Of a stretch of DNA of 56,363 bases, positions 40,445 to 51,458 are shown one piece after another. The notes under the pieces are model-generated. The model saw only the letters and a program-made list of their open reading frames with translations, ran no database searches and had not been told where the DNA came from. Within the stretch, counting starts at the first letter, position 1, and every line of letters begins with the position of its first letter. The position numbers and the translations under genes were made by a program. This stretch comes from Rotaria socialis (taxonomy: Eukaryota), in assembly GCA_905331295.1 (NCBI GenBank), contig CAJNYD010000369.1, forward strand, positions 124,001 through 180,363, written 5' to 3'.

Positions 40445-41386
40445 ATGTCCAGCAGTACTGTGATAATCGTTCTTGGTCTTTCCATTACATTACTTGCTAG
40501 GTACATAAATACATAGGAAATCCCGTTCGATACGCTGGTGATCTTCGGGGACTCAGATTCGGACACAGGCAATGTGTTCAACTTGACAAGTCAGTTTTGG
40601 TCCCCGTCACCATATTTTCAAGGGAGATTTTCTAATGGTCCTATATAGGTTGATCAGTTGGGCGTATCTAATATTATCAACTATGAGTATGGTGGTACCA
40701 CGACTGATAACAATTTTATTTCAAGCATTACGTGATCACAGTCAATGGAAACACCTGGTGTTCGTCAATAAATTGCCAACTACTTGAGCAAAACTAATAT
40801 GAACACAATTAACTTGAATCTCACACTCGTCATTAGTTACGAGTGTGTCAAATGCAATTAGCGATCTACTCAAGATGAATATCAAACATCTCGCAGTTTT
40901 CAATCTAACACCTTTACAAGCAATGCCAAATATTCGTGATTTGACACTTCAATTCAATACTGAACTGTTGAATAAGATTGCCTCATTGAAATCTATCAAC
41001 TATAAAGTTTCTATACGCCAGGGCTGGGCAAGTCAGGTGTTTTTCACGTCAGAAGTCAAGGTTGACTTGACTTGCCCAGATCTGCTATACGCATATTCCA
41101 TATCTACTCGGTCGTCTCAAAAAGCATCGCTAATCCTTCCATATACTTGCTTGAAAATAATGTAGATAAATGTTGCAATGCATCGACTGAAAACATAATA
41201 TCACGGTGCAGAGACCTAAATTCTGACGTATTTATTGATGATTACCATTTCACTAGTGGTGTGCATGGACTGTTTGCTTATGGCATGCGTCAATTTTTAT
41301 TATCATCAGCTCAATCAAATATTGTCTTTGAATTCATTAATCCTATTTTATGTAGTACAGAACAGTTGTTTACTCATATTTATTAA
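40445..41386 (+). pseudogene. Secreted GDSL/SGNH esterase-lipase pseudogene (microbial type)
   Basis: Signal-like N-terminus; LVIFGDSDSDTGN; GRFSNGP; NYEYGG; block V FIDDYHFT. Stops at 40514 and 40646 among others, frameshifts, and a MITE insertion. Confidence 0.85.
41019..41084. mobile_element. 66-bp hAT-type MITE inside the GDSL pseudogene
   Basis: TIRs CAGGGCTGGGCAAGTCA / TGACTTGCCCAGATCTG; exact 8-bp TSD CTATACGC at 41011-41018 and 41085-41092. Confidence 0.9.
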
Positions 41387-42777
41387 CCTGAAGTTTAATG
41401 TTTGAAAAACTTTCAACCATTTTGTACTAATAGACGTCGACGTTTGAAATGTAGTGACTTTGACTATTTTGTTCTGTGAGATAAAGAAATTTTTTGTTCT
41501 ACACGTGAAAGACTTGCATTAGAAAATTATTTCAGTGGTATTCTGAACCAAGTATAATTTTTCAGTGGTTCTCCAATCATGATAGATCTTCGAAAAAAAA
41601 GATAGTGTTTAAAGTTGCGATAAAATTATATAGATTTATCTAGAATAGAATTTTCGAATATAGTTATCGTGTCTGATTGGTTGTGAGAATTTGCAGAAGA
41701 AATATATGTTCGGATGCTTTTTGTTTTGGATGAAATATGTTTTGGAAACTTGGTTAATACTTGTCACTCGTCTAACTACGACAATTCAATGAGATATTTA
41801 CTTTCAATCTGAGTTTATCGAAAAAATCGAATACCGATCTGATCGTCAAAACCTATTCAAATTTGAACTTGAAGCAAGAGCTCATAACAAGAATAAGAAA
41901 AAATATTTAGCGTCTGAATACCAAGGTAGAAAAACAATGCACATCAGAAACATACAGGCAATCACCAAGTAGTCGACTAGTTATCAATAAAACCAATCAA
42001 ACTGAACATTTTCTAGATCTTATAAGTTGGATGAGATGAGGCGAGTCCATATGTCACAGAAATGTATTTCAACGATCGTGTGAATTCACTAAATCAAAAT
42101 TCATCTCATTACTCCTAAACCACAGGTCAATTCGACAAAGTGGCTCTCTGCGACTATAGCTACCACTAATTTATCTCATCAATCCTTCTGATATTTTTGT
42201 AGCAAAGAATTATTCTGATAACAAATACCCATCGGAATCGATTTGATTCACCACAAGACAGCTGTAAGCAAGATTGCAACACATTATGGTTGCTCGATAA
42301 AAACGCAAAGAATTATTTATTATTCCTTATCAGTTCTCTTCTCTGCAATAATATATTATCTAATAATTTGCTTGTGTTACTTTTATTGAAAGTGATAACA
42401 ACAAAATGATAAATCAAGAAAAGAAACTAAAAAGATGATAAGAAAGTAAAAATAGTTTCTTAATTTTCATATTCATTTTCAGATGTGCCAACGTTTGAAA
42501 CATTGAATCTTCTGGTTAAGAATCGATTATTATTAAACTAACGAAAACGATAGGTAAGAGAAATACTGAAAAGTTCATCATATGTGGTTAGCTACAAATT
42601 TGAAGCATTGTGTCAGGTCTAAAACAAAAGTATTTCATCAATCCGTGAAGCAGACATTGTTTTAAGAAGCGTCATTGGCAGACACTAACAAATCATCTGA
42701 AAATATTAGCAGTATTGCGTGATTATCAGAAATAATAATTGTTTTGTAATTTTTTTTTCAAATTTAGCAACGCAATA

Positions 42778-43857
42778 ATGATTACGAATCTCGTTGTTCT
42801 TATGATACTTGCGACAGCCGTATTCAACGTCATTAAATGTCGTGAAGTAACAATCAGTAATATAATTCCTCGCCGAGATACAAATGGAACTATAATGGAT
42901 GCGCATGATGGTAGTATCTTTTTGTACGACGGTCTCTATTACTACTATGGAGCAAGTTACGGCCTATGCACAGAACCACCAGGTCCGTCAGGTTGTAGTG
43001 TATGGCATCCTGGTGGATGCGGTTTTCAACTCAATCATAATATTAGTCTATATACTTCGATGGACCTTTCTGCGTGGACATTTCGTGGATATGCCTTTCA
43101 AATGTCTTCAATGAAGACTCAAGGAATAATGTTTTGTCCTCGTGTTTTACCAAATCCAAAGACAAAAAAATGGATTATGTGGTTCAATTTCTTGCCAGCT
43201 ACAGGTACAGGTGTCTCTGAATCGCAATATGCTGTGGCCATATCGGATATACCGCAAGGTCCTTTTCAACTAGTTACCGATAAAGTTACCACTCTAGCGT
43301 GGGAAAATACGGGAGATTTAAATCTTTTTCAAGATAATAACGGTGATGCTTATATCATTTATACTTCGCATATTGATGGCCAAATTTACAATCCGAGTCA
43401 TTTAATGTCTGTAGAGAAACTGTCCGATGACTATCTCAGTTCGCTTGGTAAAGAATTCAATAGTGGATATTTTGGGGAGAACTTTGTTGAAGCTCCCGCA
43501 ATGTTCAAACGCAATGGAATCTACTATGCAGTATTTGGTCAATGCTGTTGTTACTGCGCAGAAGGGTCTTCGGTCACTGTCTATAACTCTTCGTCTCCAC
43601 TCGGTCCTTTTTCAACGATGAATAATCTAGGCAATGAAGGGCATGCTCAACAATACAATATTCTACAGTATAAAACTACTGAAAATGAAGGTTATGGATA
43701 CTTGTGGCAAGGTGATAGGTGGCAAAGCTCTCCAGATGGAGCTAAAGGACATGATTTTACCTACTGGTCTCCTCTTTTGTTTGATCAGGATGGCAATGCT
43801 AAGTATATGAACTACACTGCAAATTTTACCATTGATGTAATTTCCAATCTTCAATAA
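42778..43857 (+). CDS. Secreted glycoside hydrolase family 43 (five-bladed beta-propeller, related to exo-beta-1,3-galactanase-like group), intronless
   Basis: ATG at 42778 followed by a signal peptide; MDAHDG, YYYYG, YTSMDLSAW, GDLNLFQDNNGDAYIIY, VEAPAMFKRNGIYY, WQGDRW. Confidence 0.88.
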   Translation: MITNLVVLMILATAVFNVIKCREVTISNIIPRRDTNGTIMDAHDGSIFLYDGLYYYYGASYGLCTEPPGPSGCSVWHPGGCGFQLNHNISLYTSMDLSAWTFRGYAFQMSSMKTQGIMFCPRVLPNPKTKKWIMWFNFLPATGTGVSESQYAVAISDIPQGPFQLVTDKVTTLAWENTGDLNLFQDNNGDAYIIYTSHIDGQIYNPSHLMSVEKLSDDYLSSLGKEFNSGYFGENFVEAPAMFKRNGIYYAVFGQCCCYCAEGSSVTVYNSSSPLGPFSTMNNLGNEGHAQQYNILQYKTTENEGYGYLWQGDRWQSSPDGAKGHDFTYWSPLLFDQDGNAKYMNYTANFTIDVISNLQ

Positions 43858-45871
43858 AATGCATCTACTCAAGTCATGATTCTGAATTGTATGAATCTTG
43901 TCTGATTGTGTCAGAAGCAGTCGAACTTTGACTCAATCCGATTGAATGCTATCAAAACAAGTCCATAATCTCTATAGTGACTTAGAATCTGCCAAAAGCT
44001 TAAGTAGGAAAGGATAGTTTCAAATTTGATCGGATGATGGACAGAAATTTCAGAAAATGAATAGAGTATAACAAATTGTTTTTCATTTCATGGCTTGAAT
44101 TTCAACCTTATTCATAACCCTGTTTTGACTTACACGACAAATGCTCGCTGGGTTGTTTTGCAATGAATTAACCAGAGGTTGTCCACTGACAGCTCGAATC
44201 GCATTTATTGGAAAATATGATGATTGAAGTCTCTATCAGGGAAAATTAGAACATACTATGAACAAGATGAACACTAAATCAAGTTCAATTATTTTGTATC
44301 TTAATCCATCTGCCAGTTCTATAGACCCTTGATCAGTAGTTTTATTTTTTTTCAAAGAACCAATATGATGAGTGTCTTTAAATAGAAAAAATATGATTAT
44401 ATTTATATGAGGTGATATTTTTAATAATGAGTCTTTGTTTATTCAAATTTGTAAGCAATTTTGAAATATAGAAATGAAATTCATTGAATATTATTCCTTC
44501 GATACAATATATATATGAGAAGTATAAAATTACTCCAAAAATGTTTGTCAAACAGTACAATGAGTCGGTAATCATCCTCGTACGTATCGAATCGATAAAA
44601 AAAAAGAAAGACAAATTATTACAATCGAAATTTATTGCGGTAAACAGCTTGAAAGTCATTGATTATAATGATGATTCGATTCTATAGAATCTGAATTAGA
44701 ACTGAAACTTCAACATTTGCCGATATGATCGAAAATGAGTCCGTGTCATGAAATGTTTAGATCTTACACTACATAATAGAAATTACTCCACGAAATTTTT
44801 TGACTTTCATTTCATGCTTTTCATTGTTAACATTTCATATTTATTAAGATAGTTCAATAGCTCTCAAATACATATAATAGTATTCCTTTTTAAATTGAAA
44901 AGCATTCCAACAATCATGAAAATGTCTCTTTCTTTATTAGTTCATTATATAAATAGTAAATAATACTTCTGATATTTTGATGATTTCTCATCGGAATCAT
45001 TTGTAAACATTCATACGGAATAAAATAAAATTCACTTTGCGATTCTATTATATATGGCTATTGTGTAATAAAATAAAAATGTAAATAATACAAAATAATT
45101 GGATGATCAACTATGCTCTAATATATGAAATGTTGTAGGACGTGGGTGAGACTAACTTTTATCAATGGTATGAAGCTTCCTAAAGGGCCTTATGAGATGG
45201 CTTATCCCATTGTAGAATTCGCATCAACCAGTGTTATAGTGTCAGAATCTCAAAATATGATGGATTCATAACAGGCTACAACAGATTTCTACTGCAACTT
45301 AAGTAGCTTTCATCAAGTACCTCTGGAATCTATGACTATATGTTACAACCGATTACATAGATAATTAACACCTAAACAGGCGATATTACGAATAATTTCA
45401 ATTAGCCACCCTTCGAAAAGAAAACCACAAAAAGATATATAAAATCGATAGCATTATTAAGTACAGTCGAAATTTGGATCACCGTATGCTTGGCACATCC
45501 ATATCCTTGCACCCACCTTCAATGCCAATTATGAGTATCATACTTTTTCTACACATACAGCGTGTGGAAAACGATCTAGCATTGCTTTGACAATAGTAGA
45601 GATTTAAAATATATTTGGATTCAATCTTCGAACTAAAATTAGTACCAATGCGAAGATCGTCATTGCAGAATTGAAATATTGATAACTTAGTTGCTTTATA
45701 CATCCCCCACCAAACCCTATTTGTTTTAAAGAGAGTTATGTGCACGCTCACATCTAACCCGCAGCCGTTTTTGTGACGAGTAGGAGCTATGTTTATTTAA
45801 TTACACACATTCTTAACTTTAAAAAATCATGATTCTATGCAATAAATATATACCCAAATAAGATTTTAATT

Positions 45872-47090
45872 TCAGTGAAGACCATCATCGTCTTCATAAT
45901 CAAATGTGTCCCTGTTTAATCTCTTCTCGTTTATCATTTCGTCTTTTATAAACAATTGCTGTCGTTTCCTCTGAAGTTGGATACGAGGTTCTGTAGTGAT
46001 TATATTGAAAAGCGAATTGTCCTTCTCATTCAAATATTGCAGCTCAGAGGGCAATCTCCGTATAAACATCGGTATTTCATTCAGCGGCAATTCATTTAAT
46101 TGTTTGTTTTTGTTCCGTAGTTGTTGCTTTTCTTGCTCTATCATTTGAGCTAATAATGCGAATGCTTGGTCACGTTCAGCATCTGCTTTTTTCACAATCT
46201 TGTCGCGTGTAGTCACTATATTCTGTCTAGTATTAGCAGCGATACGATCAAGAACATCAATTTTTTCGTTCAATAAATGTATAGCACCCTCAGTATCTCC
46301 CGCGACCAAGTTCACATGTTTCTGAGCACACTCCAAACAAACATGTTGCGAGCAATGAAGACATTGGACTTGCGGCGGTTTCTTCTTACAGTCAGAGCAG
46401 TTGCGCCCTGACGGGCTTTGCTGATCTCGAATGCTTTCAACAAATGGAGTCTTATTTCGCCGCTGATTTAGCCGATCCTATAGGATATTCACATAATTAA
46501 TAAGCACATGTAGAATTAGGGTTCAAGCTTAATGAATAAGAGTTTAAATTTTTTCTAATTTCTTTTCTTGAATTTCATGAGCTGAAATATATTGAGCTAT
46601 CTATTATTGTATATATTGCTATGGGTACGCGTGGGCCAGTATCAATTCATTATATAAGTAAATTTGACTGCAATTAATTTCCTGAGCTTTTAGGGAAATT
46701 TTGCTGAAAAATTTGAAGTAAATATACGATGATCGTCTTTTTTAGCTGCGATAATCCCAAAACACTTCTAGCCACTGTATTCCAGTATCATATTTCTGCT
46801 TCAAATTTCTCATCGTCTTTTAGCATTTCAACCAGAGTCAACTGCTATACATACGTCCCAATACAGATAAAACTTTTCGTTTCGAAAACAAACTAATCTA
46901 TTTGTATTATGCATCAAAAAGTTATGAGAAACGGATACCTGAGATATACTATAATAATCATATAATATATTGTAGTTTCAACATTGTCAACTAATAATAT
47001 AGAGATAATAATCGAGCTAAATAGAAATCTCTAATTAGGGGACACTAGTACGACTTTCAGCATTATCGGATATACAAATCTACTTACCAT
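45872..47090 (-). CDS. B-box zinc finger plus coiled-coil protein (~200 aa); probable ATG-only first coding exon at 47088-47090 and exon 46477-45872
   Basis: CSDCKKKPPQVQCLHCSQHVCLECAQKH followed by a helical coiled coil. Acceptor TAG at 46478; ATG|GTAAGT donor at 47087 is phase-compatible. Confidence 0.7.
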
Positions 47091-47092
47091 AT

Positions 47093-47360
47093 CACCCCAG
47101 AGTGGTTTCGAATAAAATGTTTACGGGGAAAAAAAATTGCATATTTGTCATGACAAATATGCAATTTTTTTTCACCGTAAACATTNTTTTTTTCTTTCTG
47201 TATCCAATGAGAGCATAGAGATTTTGCTGAAAAAGTTTTTGCTTACGGCCAGAAGTACCCTGTCGGAATCTGAACGGGGAACGGGGTAGTTGAACATGCT
47301 GATGACAAATATGCAATTTTTTTTCACCGTAAACATTTTATTCGAAACCACTCTGGGGTG
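47093..47360. mobile_element. Foldback MITE with long TIRs (CAC...GTG termini, ATAT TSD; Chapaev/CMC-like)
   Basis: About 57-bp near-perfect TIRs beginning CACCCCAGAGTGGTTTCGAATAAAATGTTTACGG; ATAT at 47089-47092 and 47361-47364; N at 47186. Confidence 0.8.
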
Positions 47361-48552
47361 ATATGATTCATTAAAGCGTGTGATGGTATGAATGTAAAAC
47401 AGCGAAAACAAAAATTAGTGCATGTGCAATAGTAAATATGTGCGTAGTTATTGTTTTTTATTGTTAACAGGTAAAATTTGGATATAGTTTCGTCAAGGAA
47501 TCTTAAAACTTTCATTGGCTTAAATTTGCGCTTAATCATGAAGGTATCTACAGAGATGTCACTTTCTGAAATATAGCTAAAATTAATATTAATATATGAT
47601 CTTATCTATTTATTTCACACTATATACGTATAATGCTTTCTCTCAAGGGATTTTCGCTGATTCTAGGATCTCAATACTTTCCCAGCAAGACATATCTTCT
47701 TGTGTATGCTTTTTCCAATTGATCTTAAATATCAATATACCACGGCTAGTATATCATCATAAGAATGGCTCATCAAAATTTCTTTGCCTAGGCACACTGT
47801 AAGATCTTTCTTAGACTTCAAAGATGTACGGGTTGAATGCCTAACTATTGCCGAAACTATTTAAAAAAAGATTTCCCACAAAAGTTTCAGACTAACGTAA
47901 GCCGTCTCAATTAAAGCATAAAATGAAATCCCGAACATCAAACTCAGATGGAAATCTTTCTAAGAACTCATTTTCTTCGTCAGGCTATAAACCTAAAATT
48001 AAAATAAGAACGTTAGTCAAAATATTATATTTCAGAGATATAAAATCATAGCTGATTGCTCTCATGTTGATCTTAATCTAAACAAATAGAAAAAGATCTA
48101 GCCGGATTCGTTGATTGTTAATATATCATATTTCTGCGTGGCTATGTATCGTGGACAAGTTTGCTCTCTTTCTCCTGTGAGTCCTAGTTTCGTATATACA
48201 TATGTATGCTTTTCATGTACTCGACATGATAGTATGATATGACAGAACAGAATAAGATATAATACCATCACAAGAATATTCCTTCTATCAGAAATTATCA
48301 TCGTACTTGGATTCTACCGTTGAACTAAAACGAGTAATATGTGAAGATTGTTATTGTAGAGATGAAATATCGATAACTTAGTTTCTCTATGAATTGCACG
48401 CTTTCATGTTCACACCTACACCTAATCCTTCCTATTCAGTAGATTTAATAGATTAAATATATTTTTTTATTCATAACCGCGCAAATTGGTCGGTTGACCA
48501 TTTATTTTTTATTAGCATCTATGCACTCATTACGAGTATGATATTTGCACAT

Positions 48553-49834
48553 TTAAAATGGCACCAATTGGCCTTGAGCATTACACATTTTCATGTTCTT
48601 TCCATCGAGTGCAAGCGTTGCTTGAATTGAGCTCATTTTGCTTTGCACAGCTTTCAGGCAATTTCGATGAGTAGCATATTCACAATTGAAAACAGCTTTG
48701 TTGGCTGCAATTAACAGAAACGTAAAGTTAATTATTGATTTTTCAAAAATTTTACCTCTAATAAATGGTTGAAGTGTATCACATTCGTTATAAACAAAAC
48801 ATTGCTCATTGATTGCCCAATCGAAATGTGATACAAGATCTGGAACTTGATCGAGATCATTTTTTAAGCCAACTGAAAGATCTCGAGCATGAGCTTCTCG
48901 AGCTAGCCAAGTATTATAAATTATTTGATCTTGATACGTGACTCTAAACCCTCCTCCATTGATTTGCGTGTAAACATCAACATTATCCGGTTCGACACCA
49001 TCGCATCGTTTTGCTTTGGCTAAATCTAAGCGAGCAGCCATGATAGGCCCAAGAATGTCCAAACGGCGAATATCTAACCATGACTCACCATTCCTAATTG
49101 TAGAATATCAATCAAAATACAGATGAAGAAAATATTTCACTTGCCAGCCATCGAGTGGATCTCCTTTCACAGAAGCAGGAAAACGACTTTTGTCTTGACG
49201 CCAATCTTCGTAGCTTCCAGCACTGAATTTTAGACAAAAATTAATACTAACTGTCTGTAGATAAATGCTTAGCTGAATATCACTATGACATTTTTTCAAC
49301 TTTTCAAGTGAAATGAACAGCGTTCCTTTAAAAATTCATTGCTGTGTATCATATCGTTTGGTACAATATGATATTTTCTGAGCACTTACTGAAAGATAAT
49401 CAATGCAAAACTTTTTGCCTACATTGTAGTTAACAGTTTACAGCAGGAAATTTTGAATATGTCAGAGAAGTGGCTCTGAATTGTCGATTCTAAATGTGAA
49501 AAATCTTAGCATCTGTTCTCTAGGAAGACTAACATGCAAAAGAATAGTAGTTTAACTCTAATATACAGAAGTGTCTTTTTTAACTAAATAGGAAGTATCT
49601 GATGAATACCAATATGTACCTGAAATAGCAGATAACTTTTTTTCCTGCATTTTTCAGAGCAGTAATTGTATTGTTCGGTGTATCCCATAGATCAATATCA
49701 TACATGACCACATTTTTACTTGTATCCAACGTTCCCATTATTTGCCATGTCCAATTTGTGAGTGGAGTTGGTTTCCAGTAACATTCAGCAAATGAGATAA
49801 CGCAGAAAATCAAAACAACAGATACGGCGACCAT
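48553..49834 (-). CDS. Secreted endo-alpha-1,4-polygalactosaminidase-like protein, GH114 (Ega3/TM1410-like), 4 exons (49834-49620, 49222-49145, 49093-48756, 48704-48553)
   Basis: Signal peptide; WTWQI, YDIDLWD, VICYFSAGSYEDWR, DGWNGESWLDIR, CDGVEPDNVD, GLKNDLDQV, INEQC, KAVFNCEY. Confidence 0.92.
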
Positions 49835-50906
49835 GTTCAGAAAAGTACAAAGACTTTTTGTAACAACTAAACGTATAAATGATAATATTCATGTCCTACT
49901 TTTACAATGGTTTATATTTAAAATACTTTGTGTGATTGTGTACCTCGACTAAAATTAACAGAGTATGAGGGTAGCTATTCGAATAAAAAATTGGCTAAGT
50001 CACATTCTGTTATTCGATTTGTAGCAATTAAATGCAGCTTAGTGCATGCAGTCTTTCCGTATACAAAATAATAGGAATTAAGTATATTTTTGCCCATCCT
50101 TTGTTTTCAAGAGCGTTCTTGTGGTTCTATTTTTGGAGTGTATAGATACAATTTCATGGTATCTCATTGAGGGGTCTACTCATCTCTGGAGGCATCAACA
50201 CTTTAATAGTTACATATTCTTCAACGTATGTCATGATTTATCTTTTCGTTACCTATGTTTTCGAACTGATACCGTCTTGACGAATCTCAATTACGTCTAC
50301 TATTAATTTAATTCAATGAAAAAAATTCCTATTTAATACCATAAAATAATATAGGAGATATACTATATTGACACGTTCTTTTGAAATAAATGTTGCTTTC
50401 ATAGTCGTCATTTCATTCATTTAATAAAATACAACTCCTTACTAAAATACTTGAGAGAGAAAAACAAGAAGGTGAAATTGTAACAATCAAATACAGGAAC
50501 TGAACGAAAGTAAAGTAAGTTCTTTCAGTAAGTTTAACGAAAAAAGAAATAACAAATCGTTTGCCAGTAAGCGCTTTCTTGTCGCAGGGTAACCAGTACT
50601 ATATGTCACTTGACAATTGCTTCAAATAAAAAACAAATTGATCTATCTGTGTTGAAATAAGAGATAAAGCCAATTTACTCTTCTCAACTCTTGCTTTTCA
50701 GCAATCGATCGTTTTGTCGAAGTTAAATGATTGTACTAAAACAAAATTGAATAAGAAATATAAAGATCATTAGCTTATATATTATAATAATTTGAAAAGC
50801 AAAGTGATTGCATCTATTATATGAATGTGTTCAATTTTATAAAATCAAACAGCATATGGATGAAAGAATTTGATATTTGATAAAAGAATTTTTTAATATC
50901 AATTTT

Positions 50907-51458
50907 TTAAAAATGATGTACTAATTTCCTTTGTAAGCTGTGTACATTACGAGTATCAATAATTGGAGATTCGATAAATTACTTGTTCCATAGGCTATGA
51001 AACTTTGATGGTAATGTTCTCATATTTAAACAATAAGTGAAATGGATGAATATAGTCTTGTGATAATCAATGGTTATTTTTCCTTGTATTGGCGTATAAG
51101 TAATCTTTTCACGTATCATATTGTAGTTATTACTAGTCAATTGTTGATTGATATTAAGTTTTCATAGGACACGATTAAAATGTTTATCTATAAAAATACA
51201 TGGGTATTTATTTAATAATAAAGCCATTTGTCAATCTTCACGTTCATTTTAAAATGCTTTGAATGTTGAACAATATCTGATCGGTCGAAGTAGCATACCA
51301 ACTGGAGTATTCTTTTTCATATGTGCATAGGATGAACGCTATTGAATGGCAAATAATATGGTTCATGGAATGATTTATGGCAATCTTATAATTTTGTAAA
51401 TAGATGATCATTAATGTTTTCTAAAGATAAATCGAGAAAATTTATTGAATAGCCAGTA
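50907..51458 (-). mobile_element. Decayed 3' fragment of a Penelope-like (Athena-type) retroelement RT
   Basis: Frameshifted translation INFLDLSLEN...HEPYYLPFNSVHPMHMKKN...MLLRPIRYCSTF...MALLLNKYP...FIHFTYC...FHSLWNK...TRNVHSLQRKL*. The ORF ends without a GIY-YIG endonuclease; the 5' side stops at a (TA)n(TG)n tract. Confidence 0.8.

Noticed and set aside
45131..45282. TGTTGTAG...CTACAACA inverted ends resembling a solo LTR
   Set aside because: No target-site duplication and only 8 bp of match.
47119..47186. Near-perfect internal palindrome inside the foldback MITE
   Set aside because: It duplicates the right TIR arm and ends at an N, so mis-assembly of the hairpin is likely.
50300..50906. 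Hammerhead ribozyme expected near the Penelope-like fragment
   Set aside because: No CTGANGA...GAAA core with supporting stems found by eye on either strand.
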